DNA from: Octopus vulgaris
Lineage: Eukaryota
NCBI GenBank assembly: GCA_951406725.2
Contig: OX597814.1
Coordinates: forward strand, 17,174,001 to 17,238,000
DNA: 64,000 nt
Direction of reading: 5' to 3'
Numbering within the stretch: position 1 is the stretch's first letter; every line of letters starts with the position of its first letter. The notes beneath the pieces are model-generated. The model did no database searches, had not been told where the DNA came from, and was given only the letters and a program-made list of their open reading frames with translations. Made by a program: the position numbers and the translations under genes. Of the stretch, positions 1 through 12,514 are shown piece by piece.

Positions 1-292
1 ATTTAGTTTTAGGTCATCCATATATAAAAGGTGGCTGATCGTTTTGCCGTAACATTTATATCCGCATCCAGTTCTATTTAGCATATCAGATAGAGGTGAC
101 AGTACCAAGCAGAAAAGGAGTGGAGAGAGCGTGTCTCCCTGGAATATTCCTCTTGTAATGGGGATGTCTTTGGTTTTCATGAGTCCCTCTTTTGTTTGGA
201 GGTGTAGGACTGTTTGCCATTTATTCATAGAGTGCTCTATGAATTTTATGATTGTTGGTGCTACTTTGTTAATGGCTAGTGTTTCGAGGATC

Positions 293-294
<2 letters not shown>
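1..294 (-). mobile_element. R4/Dong-like non-LTR retrotransposon RT fragment (5'-truncated, runs off the window)
   Basis: Manual minus-strand translation is open: WILETLAINKV...PITRGIFQGDTLSPLLFCLVLSPLS...ISHLLYMDDLKL, containing the RT motifs QGD-LSP and YMDD. It starts directly at a (TAA)n tract. Confidence 0.9.

Positions 295-365
<71 letters not shown>
295..365. repeat. (TTA)n microsatellite
   Basis: Perfect trinucleotide run. Confidence 0.98.
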
Positions 366-1695
366 GCCGCCTCCAGCCTTTTCTTTTGTAATTTCAAATC
401 ACTCTATTTCATAGCAGCAACTAGCAGCAGTAAATCCCAACTTATTAGAAATATATCCATGTTATCTTTTTTTGTTTTGTCTTCATAACTTCCTATCTTT
501 CAAAATGGATAAATTTGCGAAAGGCCTCGGCAGAATCATCTTTAACTAAAGCGAGTTTCTTCCTAATGACAACATAGTTGGGTATTACAGTCTGAAGTGT
601 GAAAATTGATGTCATCTGTAATTTCAAGAAGTTAACATCCAATAGAGACGTATTTCACACTTCACATTTCGACTGTTGATTCGGTTTTTCACATGTTCAG
701 GTGTCTACTACTTACCAAATCGATGCACGAAGCAACCGTAATCTTACATTATTATTCTATTAAATAATTAACTTAACATAGTGTGTTACAGGAAAATTAC
801 TACTGGTAGAGACGACCTGTGAAGTAAAATTGGACAGCAAAACCGTGACTTGCACACATATTCTAAACACCCTTGCTCAACACAAGATCACTTAAATTTA
901 GAAGCACAGACGACATAGTCAAGTATGTATGTATGTATGTATGTATGTACGTACGTACGTATATACACACTGTAGTATCAGCAGCAGCAGTAGTAGTAGC
1001 AGCAGCAGCAAAAGTTGTGGTTTAGAAGTAGTATATTAATTTTACAGTAATGAACATCGTAATTGATATATGCTAATGTACATATCAAATATTAACAACC
1101 AGCTAAATTAATCTAGAAACAATTTTGCTTCTTTTAGTTTGTGTGCGTAAAATTTACCAAAGATCTAAGAAGAATTTAAAATAGCTTTAAATAGCTGAAG
1201 GCGTACAGTCTATAATTTGGTTTTTAATAGCTATGTCTCCAATTAAACACGAGAGTAATTACTTCGCATAATTAGGATCTCTTATTGCTGTCATTTATAT
1301 CTCATTTGACTATAAATCAGTTGGAGAGAATGAGCGTTCATTTATCTCTGATATTGAGAATGTAAAAAATAGCGTTTATACCACTAAAAAACATGCAGTA
1401 CAAGACATAGAGAAGATATTGAATGTAAGAAGGTTCTTTGGAAGATTGAATAAAATGAATAAAAGAATAGATATAGAATGGACAAATTATAAAATATATC
1501 AATAAATGTATCGGCAAAACAACGAATCCGTTTGAATTGGCTTTTAAATTTAGAGACAAATTGTAAAATCTAGATATGAAAGGTCTATTTGAAATCTAAA
1601 GTTAAAATGCATACAAAAGATGGGAACTATTTGAGAACCCCAGTGCATAGTTCATCGATTCTGAATTGAAAGGCAAAATCGACTTCGATGGAATA

Positions 1696-1855
<160 letters not shown>

Positions 1856-2243
1856 TGCCCTGATGCAATACCAGATACTGGCTCTCATGGTTCCTTATCT
1901 TAACCGTAAGAGATGGGCTACAACAAATATTCTGCTCAATATCACAGATTTGCTTGTCAGTTGTTTGTCCATAACCAGCTGAGCATGTCCATTGGGGGCT
2001 GACAATATGTGCATCACTGATCACAAGAAGAAGTAGTGGGGAAGCATCATAGCCATGTGTTGAAATGAATTATTTGGAGCTAAAATAATTCACCTGAAGA
2101 AACATTGGTATTTCGTTCGATATCCTTAAAAAATTCTTACCCAGGGGCCTTTTGAGCAGGATGGGCTACTCGACAAGAAGAAAATTCTAACTGGGTCCCA
2201 CCTGCAAGGTCATTCGCTATTTATCTTGATATGAAATTACCAT
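1856..2243. mobile_element. unclassified interspersed repeat fragment abutting (AAT)n
   Basis: Complex non-coding sequence starting right at the AAT tract. It resembles an octopus repeat I recall; not verified. Confidence 0.4.
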
Positions 2244-2290
2244 AAATTATTTACATTTGACGGATAATTGCCCTCATCTTGTTTGTTGTT

Positions 2291-2336
2291 AACACAACGT
2301 TTCAGCTGATATACCCTCCAGCCTTCATCAGGTGTT
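2291..2336 (-). ncRNA. minimal type I hammerhead ribozyme motif in a Penelope-type terminal repeat (repeat about 2245-2385)
   Basis: Minus strand: AACAC-CTGATGA-a-GGCTG-gagggtatat-CAGCT-GAAA-CGTT-GTGTT. Stem I is AACAC/GTGTT, stem II GGCTG/CAGCT, and stem III is the palindrome AACGTT. Confidence 0.7.
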
Positions 2337-2415
2337 TTGGGGAAATTTCGAACCTAGGTTCTCATTCCTAAGGTATTTTTCGATGTTATTATCATCATCA
2401 TCATCATCATCATCG

Positions 2416-2485
<70 letters not shown>

Positions 2486-2487
<2 letters not shown>

Positions 2488-3172
2488 TCTCATCAGGCAT
2501 GATAAAGCAGGACAATATATTCGCTGGGTACTTAGCAAAAATCTGGACTTGCCGCATGATAAAAACTGGTGGGAACACAAACCACCCCCAGTGTTTGAAA
2601 ATGATCACATCTCACTCCTATGGAAGTTTACCATTCAAACCGACAGGAAGATAGATGCAAACAGGCCATATTGAAACACTACAGGCAAAAATCATGCCTC
2701 CTCATTGATATGACTGTCCCAATCGATATAAACGCATCTGTCAAGACCTACAAAAAACTGAGCAATTATAAAGATCTGAGCAAGTATTTCAAGATCTTGA
2801 AATAGAAATTAGCAAAATGTGGAACCTGAAGACTAAAACAATAACTGTTGTCATAGGTGCCCCGGGAATGATAACAAAAGTGTCCGATTGCTACCTAGCT
2901 CAGATACCAGGAAATACCAAAATGGCAGAAATTCAATAGATAGTGCTCATGGGAACTGCCTATATCCTACCCAAAATACTGTCTATATAATCTAAAATTT
3001 TAAAACAAATTTCTTATGGTTTCTTAAACATTCTCTAGAACAACACTATGTACAAAACCAAATATATGGCATCCTAGGCATAACACCAACATGAACTTCT
3101 AACTAGTTGTCTCTTGCGGTCTCTGGGTGAGACTTGGAGCCAACTTTTACAAATGTAAGGCAAAAGTCACAC

Positions 3173-3175
<3 letters not shown>
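2486..3175 (+). mobile_element. R4/Dong-like non-LTR 3' fragment (RLE endonuclease plus 3' UTR), degraded
   Basis: Translates across frameshifts as RHDKAGQYIRW...WWEHKPPPVFEN...TDRKIDANRP...LLIDMTVP...KMWNLKTKTITVVIGAPG. It ends in (AAT)n and is preceded by (ATC)n(GTA)n. Confidence 0.88.
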
Positions 3176-3237
<62 letters not shown>

Positions 3238-3249
3238 TAATAATAATAA

Positions 3250-3655
3250 TATCTCGGCGAAAGAGTTTGACAAGCTCAGAAAATATAAAGGCCTGCTCAT
3301 TGAAATTGAGAAAATGTGGCATCTCAAGGCGGTTACAATACCAGTGATCGTAGGAGCACTAGGAATGATCAAGAAGGGAACCGAAAATTATATGAGAATG
3401 ATCCCTGGCTTACCATCCCTGCAAGAAGTGCAAAAGATTGTCTTAACTGGTACATCACACGTATTGAGAAGAGCATTGTCGCTGTGAGAACTATTACTAC
3501 CCATGTATTTTAATTTAACTTAAAGAAAAAAAAATGAACGAACTATTGAATTTAGTTTAATGGCCTACCAATGTATACTATGAGTTTCTTTGCCCTAGGA
3601 GTCGGGAAGACACTCGGCAAGAAATGGAAGCAAATTTGAAAGAAGAAAAAAAAGT
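3250..3655 (+). mobile_element. R4/Dong-like non-LTR 3' fragment, different subfamily
   Basis: NISAKEFDKLRKYKGLLIEIEKMWHLKAVTIPVIVGALGMIKKG...LQEVQKIVLTGTSHVLRRALSL*, with (AAT)n on both sides. Confidence 0.88.
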
Positions 3656-3680
3656 AATAATAATAATAATGATGATAATG

Positions 3681-3721
<41 letters not shown>

Positions 3722-3722
3722 C

Positions 3723-3780
<58 letters not shown>

Positions 3781-5205
3781 AAGCTGGTTTGAAAGGTAAA
3801 GAGAAATGAAGTTGAATAAACTAAAAGTAAAGCGTCATATCAAAAAGGCCTTACATACATTCATACACACGCACACATACACACACACCATGCATACACA
3901 AAAATACATGTGTTTGCATGTATTAATGAATGAATGAATAAACGTATATATGTATGTAAATATATATATGTTAAGCAGATGGTAAAAAATGTGAAAAGAA
4001 GGAAATTCTTGTCGCGTCCAAAAGCTTACAAAAAGCATCACGAAAATTCCCTGTATAGACACCGCAAATGGCGGAAACAAGTTGACATATTAAAATGTTG
4101 GTTATAAAAAGGGAGAGGAAGACTTCTCACCTCGTAACAATAAAGGGAAATTTAAATAAAATAAAGAGAATAATAAAGGAAAAGTGTTTATGAGAAAACA
4201 AATGTTGCTTCCAAACAAAATGGCGCCGACGGCAATTTTAAAAGGAAGTTAATTGAAAACAATAAAACGAAAATAGATTGATTGTTAAAAACAATGCATT
4301 AAATAAATATTGACATTCTTTAAATAATGAATGGGCTAAATTCAATGTAGTGTGTTTTGAGGAATGAATGAATAAATGAATAACTGAACAGATGAATGAA
4401 CCGCTAGAAGAATGAAGAAAAGAAATAGGAAAAGAAGAAAGTATTATCGAGAAAAATGACAAGAAAATCTAGTAAGAAAAGAATTGATGACTTACATTTT
4501 GAGCACTAAGCCTGTTAACTGTAGACGGCAGCACCAACAGTCTCCAGTCAAAACAAATTTTGATAATTACTGTTTAAGGAATAGTGTATTTATTTTTATT
4601 TTTACTGGTTTCTCACCGTACAGTAGCCATGCTTGGGCACCGCATTGAGAGATTCAGTTAAAGAAATCAACTCCAGTGTTTATGTTTTCTTGAAGTATGA
4701 TACGTAAAAACATTAACAGCGGTTATCATGCAATGTGTAGGGGACCAACACAAACACAAACGCACGCATGCGTATTTGCAAATATGAACACATACTCACA
4801 CAGACAGACAGACAGACACACACACACAGAGACACAGACACATATATATATAAACACTCAATGATACACTCAAGAGATTCCCAAGAATTCATTAAAAAAA
4901 CAGTCCCAATCAATGCTATAATCCATAACGAGTCAATTTTAGGTCACTTGACCATTTAACACACTACTATCATACAACCTACATTCCTTCTTATTCTCCC
5001 TCCTCTTTCTTCTTCTTCTTTGTTTTCTTCCTCTCTGCCACCTCCTTCCTAACGTTACCACTATTGATGTTTAAAATAACACCTACGCAAATTTTATAAA
5101 CAAAACATTCAAAAGACACGTTCCAGGAATTCAATGCTACGATCCACAGCGGGTCATTTTCAGGACAGTTGAAATTCAACATATACTGTCATGTCACTCC
5201 TGCAT

Positions 5206-5366
5206 TCTTCTTCTTCTTCTTCTTCTTCTTCTTCTTCTTCTTCTTCTTCTTCTTCTTCTTCTTCTTCTTCTTCTTCTTCTTCTTCTTCTTCTTCTTCTTC
5301 TTCTTCTTCTTCTACCTCTTCTTCTTCTTCTTCTACCTCTTCTTCTTCCTCTTCTTCTTCTTCTTC
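5206..5366. repeat. (TTC)n microsatellite
   Basis: Direct inspection. Confidence 0.97.
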
Positions 5367-5599
5367 ACTACCGAGAATTCACAACGACCTCGAACCCACA
5401 AGAGTAAACAAGAGAGAGCGAAACAGGCAGAAACAAGGAAAATGCCACTTGTATTTGAACACTGTGCAAATATTCTTTTAAAAAACTTTAATTTTAATTT
5501 CCATACTTACAGTTGAAAAACTCTCAATGACTGAAACCGGTACTGAAATGTTTTTTTTATAAAATTATTTTAGCATATTTTATCTTATATGAATTAGTT

Positions 5600-5685
5600 T
5601 ACATTTAGACACAACGAGGCAAGCCTTTAACAGGTTGCCTAATATACTAGAAAGAACAGTCAGAGAGTCCAAACCACAGCCTCTT
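5600..5685 (-). repeat. fragment of the same repeat family as the 10.7-11.26 kb hammerhead elements
   Basis: ctttaacaggttgcctaatatactagaaagaacagtcagagagtccaaaccacag aligns by eye with the reverse complement of 11170-11225. Confidence 0.55.
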
Positions 5686-5934
5686 TGTGTATAACTGTAC
5701 ATTAATTGTTATATGAAAACTATGTCTGTTGTCTTTGCATACATACTAGGCCACATGTAGAAAAAATTGCTAAAAGGAGTGTATGAACCTATTTGGTATT
5801 GCATCAAATGTTGAGCGATTGCTTGGAAAAAGTATGGCGAATTGGAGGACGGACCTGACAGCATACGGCAGAAGCTTAGGGACAGTAGAGATTGGGAGCC
5901 AGTCCCCATTCATCTTTGCATTGTGCTTGATCAG

Positions 5935-7463
5935 TACAATCATTTGTTATTCATAGATGACCTCAAACTTTATGGTAAAAATGAAGCCCAAGTCAGTTCC
6001 GTCGTTGATACGGTGTATACCTTCAGTGCGGATATCAGGAAGTAGTTCGGACTGAGAAAGTGTGGTGTGTTAGTCTCGAAGAGGGGCAAAATCAAATGCA
6101 TGGATGGACTAACGATACCGTCGGGGGAGGTTATGAAGCAGATAGAAGAGACGGGCTGTAAATACTTGGGGATTCTGGAAATGGATAAATAGATGGAGAA
6201 ATAAGTGACAGAAAAATTTAAGGTGGAGTACTTGCGCAGATTGGGACTGATTCTAAAGCCGAAATTGAACGGACGGAATAAGATTGAAGCTATCAACAGC
6301 TCGGCCTTTTTCTCTTTTTAGATATGGAGCAGTGGTAATTGCATGGAAAGTAGACGAACAAAAGAGCTTAGACAGAAAGACAAAGAAGTTGCAAACTAGA
6401 TATGGGTCACTCCACCACAAAAGTGACTCAGACAGACTGTATGTACCAAGAAAAAGAGGGATACGAGGACTTACTGGATGCGAATACAGCATTAGAGCAG
6501 AAGAAAACAACATAGCATGGCATGTAAAAAAATTCCATAGAACCGCTATTATTAGAGGTAAGAAGGTCAGTCTTGTGTAGGATGAAAGATTGCAAAGATA
6601 AAGCATTATACAAGAAATTGAAAACGAATGAAACTGAAAATATATGGGTAAAGAAAAGAATACTTGGTCAATTCCACAGGGATGTTGAAGATGAGACAGA
6701 CAAAGAAAAAATGTGATTTAAAACCGGAAACGGTGGCTCTAATCTGTGCTGCCCAAGAGCAAGCACTTAGAACAAATTACATAAAATACAGATTAGACAA
6801 CACAGAAGAAAGTGATAAGTACAAAATCTCCGGACAAAACGGTGAAACTGTATGGCATATTACCATCCGATATACGCCACGAGCCCAGAAGGAATATAAG
6901 AGACGCCACGACAATATAACCAGGCTGGTCCATTGGACACTTTGCAACAAGTATGAACTTGACAGAGAAAAAAATTTCTACGACCACAAATCTGAAGGCA
7001 TCGTTGAAGATGGAAATGCAAAGATCCTATGGTATTTCATCATTCAGTGCGACCATGAGATAGAGAATAGGAAGCCGGACATAGTCTTAATTGAGGAAGA
7101 AAACAAACTATGCTGGATCATAGACATAGCGTCCCCAGCTGACAAGGTATGCGATAAAGAAGAAAGAAAAATCGAGAGATATAACATGTTAGTTTTGGAA
7201 GTTAAGCAGTTGTGGTCGATGAAAAAGTTAGCTGAAGTACCAATAATTGTCGGGGCCCTGGGAATAATAGTGAGCAAAATCTCGAGAAATACGTGGAAGA
7301 AATAGGGGCTGCAATAAGTGTGGAGCACTTGCAGAAAACAGCACTGCTTGGAACGGTTGAAACGTTCCGGAAGGTGCTCGAAAAATAAGAGGTGTTACCT
7401 TAGTTCACTGGCAGTGGAACAGCTGACAATTTAATACGTATCCAACGTTAGAAGCTGTGCGAA

Positions 7464-7464
<1 letters not shown>
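5935..7464 (+). mobile_element. R4/Dong-like non-LTR retrotransposon, 5'-truncated, degraded RT to RLE endonuclease
   Basis: NHLLFIDDLKLYGKN, RLYVPRKRGIRGL, ICAAQEQALRTN, RRHDNI, KPDIVLI...IIDIASP and PIIVGALG (ORFs 5842, 6284, 6664), with stops and frameshifts. The 3' end runs into (TAA)n. Confidence 0.93.
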
Positions 7465-7534
<70 letters not shown>

Positions 7535-7567
7535 GTGATGATGATAATAATAATAATAATAATAATG

Positions 7568-7598
<31 letters not shown>

Positions 7599-7618
7599 TG
7601 ATGATGATAATAATAATA

Positions 7619-7662
<44 letters not shown>

Positions 7663-7687
7663 AATAATATTAACAATAATAATAATA

Positions 7688-7718
<31 letters not shown>

Positions 7719-7729
7719 TAATGATGATG

Positions 7730-7807
<78 letters not shown>

Positions 7808-7852
7808 TTGATGATGATGATAATAATAATAATACTAACAATAATATTAATA

Positions 7853-7911
<59 letters not shown>

Positions 7912-7924
7912 AATAATAATGATG

Positions 7925-7956
<32 letters not shown>

Positions 7957-7990
7957 AATAATAATGATAATAATAATAATAATAATAATG

Positions 7991-8073
<83 letters not shown>

Positions 8074-8127
8074 AAGAAGAAGAAGAAGAAGAAGAAGAAG
8101 AAGAAGAAGAAGAAGAAGAAGAAGAAA
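7465..8127. repeat. about 660-bp compound (AAT/GAT)n(AAG)n microsatellite
   Basis: Direct inspection. Confidence 0.97.
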
Positions 8128-8340
8128 ATACAACAAAAGCTATAAAGCAAATGAAATCGAAACTAAAACTAGAACAGCAACGAACCATGATAAAACGATG
8201 GCAAGAAAGGCCCTTCATGGCAAGTACTGGACTAAATTAAATGCAACAGAAATAGACAGAGAAAAATCCCAGCAATGGCTGAGAAGCTCAGGACTCAAAG
8301 CAGAGACAGAGGGATTTTTAATTGCAGCACAAGACCAAGA
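8128..8340 (+). mobile_element. R4/Dong-like internal fragment (post-RT region)
   Basis: KALHGKYWTKLNATEIDREKSQQWLRSSGLKAETEGFLIAAQDQ, homologous to LKPETVALICAAQEQ of the 5935-7464 element. Confidence 0.8.
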
Positions 8341-8349
8341 AGAAGATTG

Positions 8350-8407
8350 AAAATTACCTTAGGAATGAGAACCCAGGTTCGAAATTTCCCCAAAACCCCT
8401 GATGAAA
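8350..8407 (+). repeat. truncated copy of the 2245-2385 Penelope-type terminal repeat
   Basis: accttaggaatgagaacccaggttcgaaatttccccaaaacccctgatgaa is the reverse complement of about 2324-2375; it breaks just after CTGATGA. Confidence 0.85.
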
Positions 8408-8421
8408 AAAGTCGATGGCCC

Positions 8422-8482
8422 GATAACTGAAGAGATGCTGGCGTGGGTTTCCGTCCTGGCATCCGAAATTCGGAGTTTTATC
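8422..8482 (+). ncRNA. hammerhead ribozyme-like motif (second family)
   Basis: GATAA-CTGAAGA-GATGCTGG...CTGGCATC-c-GAAA-TTCGGAGTT-TTATC. Stem I is GATAA/TTATC and stem II has 8 bp including wobbles. Confidence 0.6.
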
Positions 8483-8719
8483 ATGGTTACCGAATAATTA
8501 TTATATATTATATTTACAGATAAATTCCTCTACTTACATAATATCGAAGTCTCTCATACTTTTGTTATCTTTCCATTTCTATCAATATATATATATACAC
8601 ATACATATATATATATTTTTTTCTTTTATTTATGTATATATCATATATGTATATATATATAATATACATGCATATATACATACGTATATGTACATACATA
8701 TATTCGTATATGCATCTGC

Positions 8720-9030
8720 ATATGTAGGCACAGAACGTCACAGAACGTAAACAATAAAAGATACGAAAATATGGAATACGAAATAGGAATACATGGAATA
8801 TGAACTTTTTTGCGAACAACGAAGGAAACAAATGGGAAACAAACATGCAACATAAAGAACGACCCTTCATCAGTTGTCGGCTGCTTTTCCAATCCGTATT
8901 TCGAACATTTCACGACAAGATACGACTTCGATAAAACAGTTGCTCCCGCAAAGCAAATTTAATAAAATTTAGGGTTTTGAAGAGGGTCAAAATGGGTAAC
9001 AAAAACAGGACAGTGAAAACAAACAGGAAG
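8720..9030 (-). repeat. interspersed repeat shared with 37095-37392 (Penelope terminus-like)
   Basis: Both copies share cccttc(a/t)tcagt...tttcgaa...cttcgataa...aagcaaat...aaaattt...agaggg(t/g)...aaaatgg(g)taacaaaaaca(g/c)gacagt. Confidence 0.65.
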
Positions 9031-9069
9031 GGCTGCTGAGCTTAAACGAAATGCAGTAGCGAACGCGAA

Positions 9070-9345
9070 GAAGCAAGCTTGGACAGGCAAGGTTGTTTGT
9101 GGAAGACAGCAGTCGCACATGCTTACCTGTCCTCCCTCCACGTCACTGATGCTATCCAAGGGAAAGGCAAAGTCCGATACAGCCTGGAACCAGTGACATC
9201 GCAACGCATTTCTACAGCTGAGTGAACCACAGCAATGTGGAATAAAGTGTCTTGCTCAATAACACAATACACAGCCAGGTCTGCAAATCGAACTCACAAC
9301 CTTACGATTGTAAAACCGACGCTCTGACCACTGGGGCGTGAGCCG
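9070..9345 (-). mobile_element. degenerate tRNA-derived SINE (head B-like, tail 4)
   Basis: Minus strand has box B GTTCGATTTG and ttgagcaagacactttattccac; the tail matches 40260-40385. Confidence 0.75.
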
Positions 9346-9414
9346 TACACTGAAGGTGGGAGTTGTGTTGGTGACTACAGTGACAGCAGTTTACTCATCT
9401 TTTATATGCTATCT

Positions 9415-9745
9415 TTCATCTTTTACTTCTTTCAGTCATATTGGTGAGGCCATACTGGAGCACGGCCTTGAAGGGTTTTAGTAGAAGAAATAAACATCAC
9501 GACTTATTTTTTAAGCCTAGAACTTATTCCATTGAACACTTTTGCCGAACTGCTAAGTTACAGGAATGTAAACACACCTACATCAGTTGCAAAGTGGTAG
9601 TGGGGGACAAACAGATACAAATACATGAAGATAGATATATACAACCATACATACATACATACATACATACATACATACATACATACATACATCTTTTTTT
9701 ATTTTATCTAGTTTCAGCTCACGAGCTGTGGCCATGCTGGGGCAC

Positions 9746-9792
<47 letters not shown>

Positions 9793-9950
9793 TCGATGGG
9801 TTTCCTTCCCTTTCCGCCTAACAAAGCCACCTCACAAGGCTTTAGTCGGCCAGAAGCTATAGTAGAAAACACTTGCCCAAAGTACCACGCAGCAAGAGTG
9901 AACACAGGATCACGTGGTTGGGAAGCAAACTTCTTAGTACACAGCTATAC
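9415..9950 (-). mobile_element. degenerate SINE family C, interrupted by microsatellites
   Basis: Similar to 47695-48102 (ttttactt..tttcagtcat; gctatagtagaa.acacttgccca). Confidence 0.75.
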
Positions 9951-9972
9951 CTATCTGTCTTGTACAACCCGC

Positions 9973-10029
<57 letters not shown>

Positions 10030-10162
10030 CCTCTCCCACTCTATTTCTCTTTGAACAACAACAACGATAACGTCATTATAGTGAAAGTGTTTTTTTCGAA
10101 GCACATGTTGCACTGTATCTATGTTGAAAGACATAGAGAAACACTCACACACACACACACAC

Positions 10163-10209
<47 letters not shown>

Positions 10210-10356
10210 GCATGCACGCACGCACGCACAGAAATGCACAAAAATAAACAATCAATACTGTTACATAGTGACAGTCTTCCTTTAAGCTGTGTCGCGTTGC
10301 ATAGTGTCTAAGTTGAAAGACATACAGAAACACACAACCACACTCAGACACACACA

Positions 10357-10412
<56 letters not shown>

Positions 10413-10561
10413 AACAAACAACCATTAAAAAATGTATATTTCATGATGAGTCCTTTCTTTGAAACTGCTTTGTTGTGTTGAAACTTGCACTTAAAATTCT
10501 TACGTTTTTAATCAATATTTGTTAGTCACTACGGTGACAACATTGCCTGTCTGTCAGTCTG

Positions 10562-10633
<72 letters not shown>

Positions 10634-10857
10634 CCTATCTATCTATCTACCTAATTCTTAAAATAATATAGGTAGCAAAACTTTAGAAATTTTTCTACTA
10701 GTGGCCTAGCATGTATAAAAATCAATAGACAACATATTTCCCATATAAAATTTGTGTACATTTAAACACAAAAAGAGGTGACTCTTAACAGGCCATCTTA
10801 CATGCTAGAAGAGCAATTTCGAAGGGAATGAAAAATAAAAACACTTACCATTTTTTA

Positions 10858-10930
10858 CAGCCAGACCTAGGTTTTGAACTTTAATTAGCAAATAAAATAA
10901 TTTGCAAGGCATAGTTCTCATCAGTGGGCA
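10858..10930 (-). ncRNA. hammerhead ribozyme copy with G12-to-A core mutation (probably inactive)
   Basis: Minus strand: gccca-CTGATGA-GAAC...GTTC-AAAA-CCTAGGTC-tggctg. Confidence 0.75.
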
Positions 10931-11045
10931 CGCCAAACATTGAATATATAATTTAGAGACAGAATAACACGTGAATTTGAAAAATTATAATATATAATGA
11001 TGAGATACTTTTTATTCAGTCTCTAAATTATGTTAACGTTTGGCG

Positions 11046-11118
11046 TAGCCACTGATGAGAACTTCGCCTCGCAAATTATTTTATTTGCTAATTAACGTTC
11101 GAAACCTAGGTCTGGTTG
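11046..11118 (+). ncRNA. canonical type I hammerhead ribozyme, predicted cleavage after GUC at 11112
   Basis: TAGCCA-CTGATGA-GAAC-(loop with GCAAAT/ATTTGC hairpin)-GTTC-GAAA-CCTAGG-TC^TGGTTG. All core nucleotides are intact and stem III is the palindrome ACCTAGGT. Confidence 0.85.
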
Positions 11119-12331
11119 TAAAACATGGTAAATGTTTTTATTTTTCATTCCCTTCGAAATTGCTCTTAACTGTGGTTTTGGACTTTTGACTGTTCCTTCT
11201 AGCATGTAAGGCGGCTTGTTAAGGGTCACCACGTTTCGCGTTTGTACACTAATTTTATATTTATCTATCTCTGTCACACACACACACTCACTCATTTTTT
11301 CTCTCTTTCATTTTCTCCCCCTTTCTCTCTTTCTCTCACTCTCTCTTTCTCTTTCTCACTTTTACGCTGTATTTCTCTCTCAGCAACAACTACTCTCCTC
11401 CACTTCATCTAAAGAATGAAAGGAGATCTGACATTATTGGGAATTATAGGCTCTCACTTCTTCCCAAAGCAAACTTCTACAGCATGACTTATCTTCACTG
11501 CTCTATAGACTCCAAAGAAGACAAAACAAGCGGTAAATTTTGAGAGTTACATCAGCCCGTGTTTCACTAAGAACAAAAATAACTCAACTCGAATTTTTTG
11601 CGTGGAATCAAATGCCCTGACATTGTAATTTGCTGCAAACCCCTTATTTTTGTTCAGACAAAAAGGGGTGGGTGGGAAACCGGTCACCCCTCCACCATCC
11701 CGGAATCAAATATAAAAGAAGCCGTAGAAAGGAAAGTTCTGTGATTACATTTTACAATATGCAGCACGAAGTTTTGTCAGTGAACAGGTTGCGGTCTCAA
11801 ACCGACGAAAATATTTTGACAAATTGAATTTAAATGTTGAAGTGAATCTAACAGTTTTTGTGTGTTTCTTAAAGGGCTTATAAACACCTTCCACGCTGCA
11901 ATTATTTTACAATAGCACTTTTAGTAAATCGAAACATTAGATTCTAAATAAGAGAGAATTAGCTACGATATGTCAAGAGTGTTATAAAGTTATTACAGAA
12001 GGGCTTCCTTGTACGAGTTGCCCTCAACAAAACTAGATCATACATTTCGTATGAGAGGCCTCTTCCTTCAAAGATGGGACATGTGATAAGGTCAGAGTAG
12101 GTTCATCCCAAGAAAAAGCAAACTTAAAATATATAACAAATATCGTAGACTATTTCAGAAAAAAATATAAAAATACATATGTAATTACAGTGATAGGCGA
12201 AGAGGAAAAATGATAGAAGATATGATATAGGAAAAATTGTGAGAGAGCACAAAATATAAGTATAAAGAATATTTATAAATGTAAATGAATACCAAAGGGT
12301 ATGTGTGTGTGTATATACACATACATACTGG

Positions 12332-12365
<34 letters not shown>

Positions 12366-12400
12366 CATACTGGTATATATATATATAGAATATATATTGA

Positions 12401-12444
<44 letters not shown>

Positions 12445-12514
12445 ATCAATATCAGGGTAGCAAAAAATTCAAGAGAAATTCTTTCGCCACCAGCGGTCTA
12501 GTGAGAAAGAAAAA

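Larger units (their letters stand above)
10750..11258. repeat. inverted repeat (arms about 10750-10966 and 11012-11258, spacer about 45 bp) of a hammerhead-bearing element
   Basis: The arms are reverse complements, for example gagcaatttcgaagggaatgaaaaataaaaaca versus tgtttttatttttcattcccttcgaaattgctc. The left arm has an internal deletion of about 30 bp. Confidence 0.92.

Noticed and set aside
7405-8350. Poly-Ile, poly-Leu and poly-Arg ORFs, and all YI/CV/HT-repeat ORFs in the track
   Set aside because: Translations of microsatellites.
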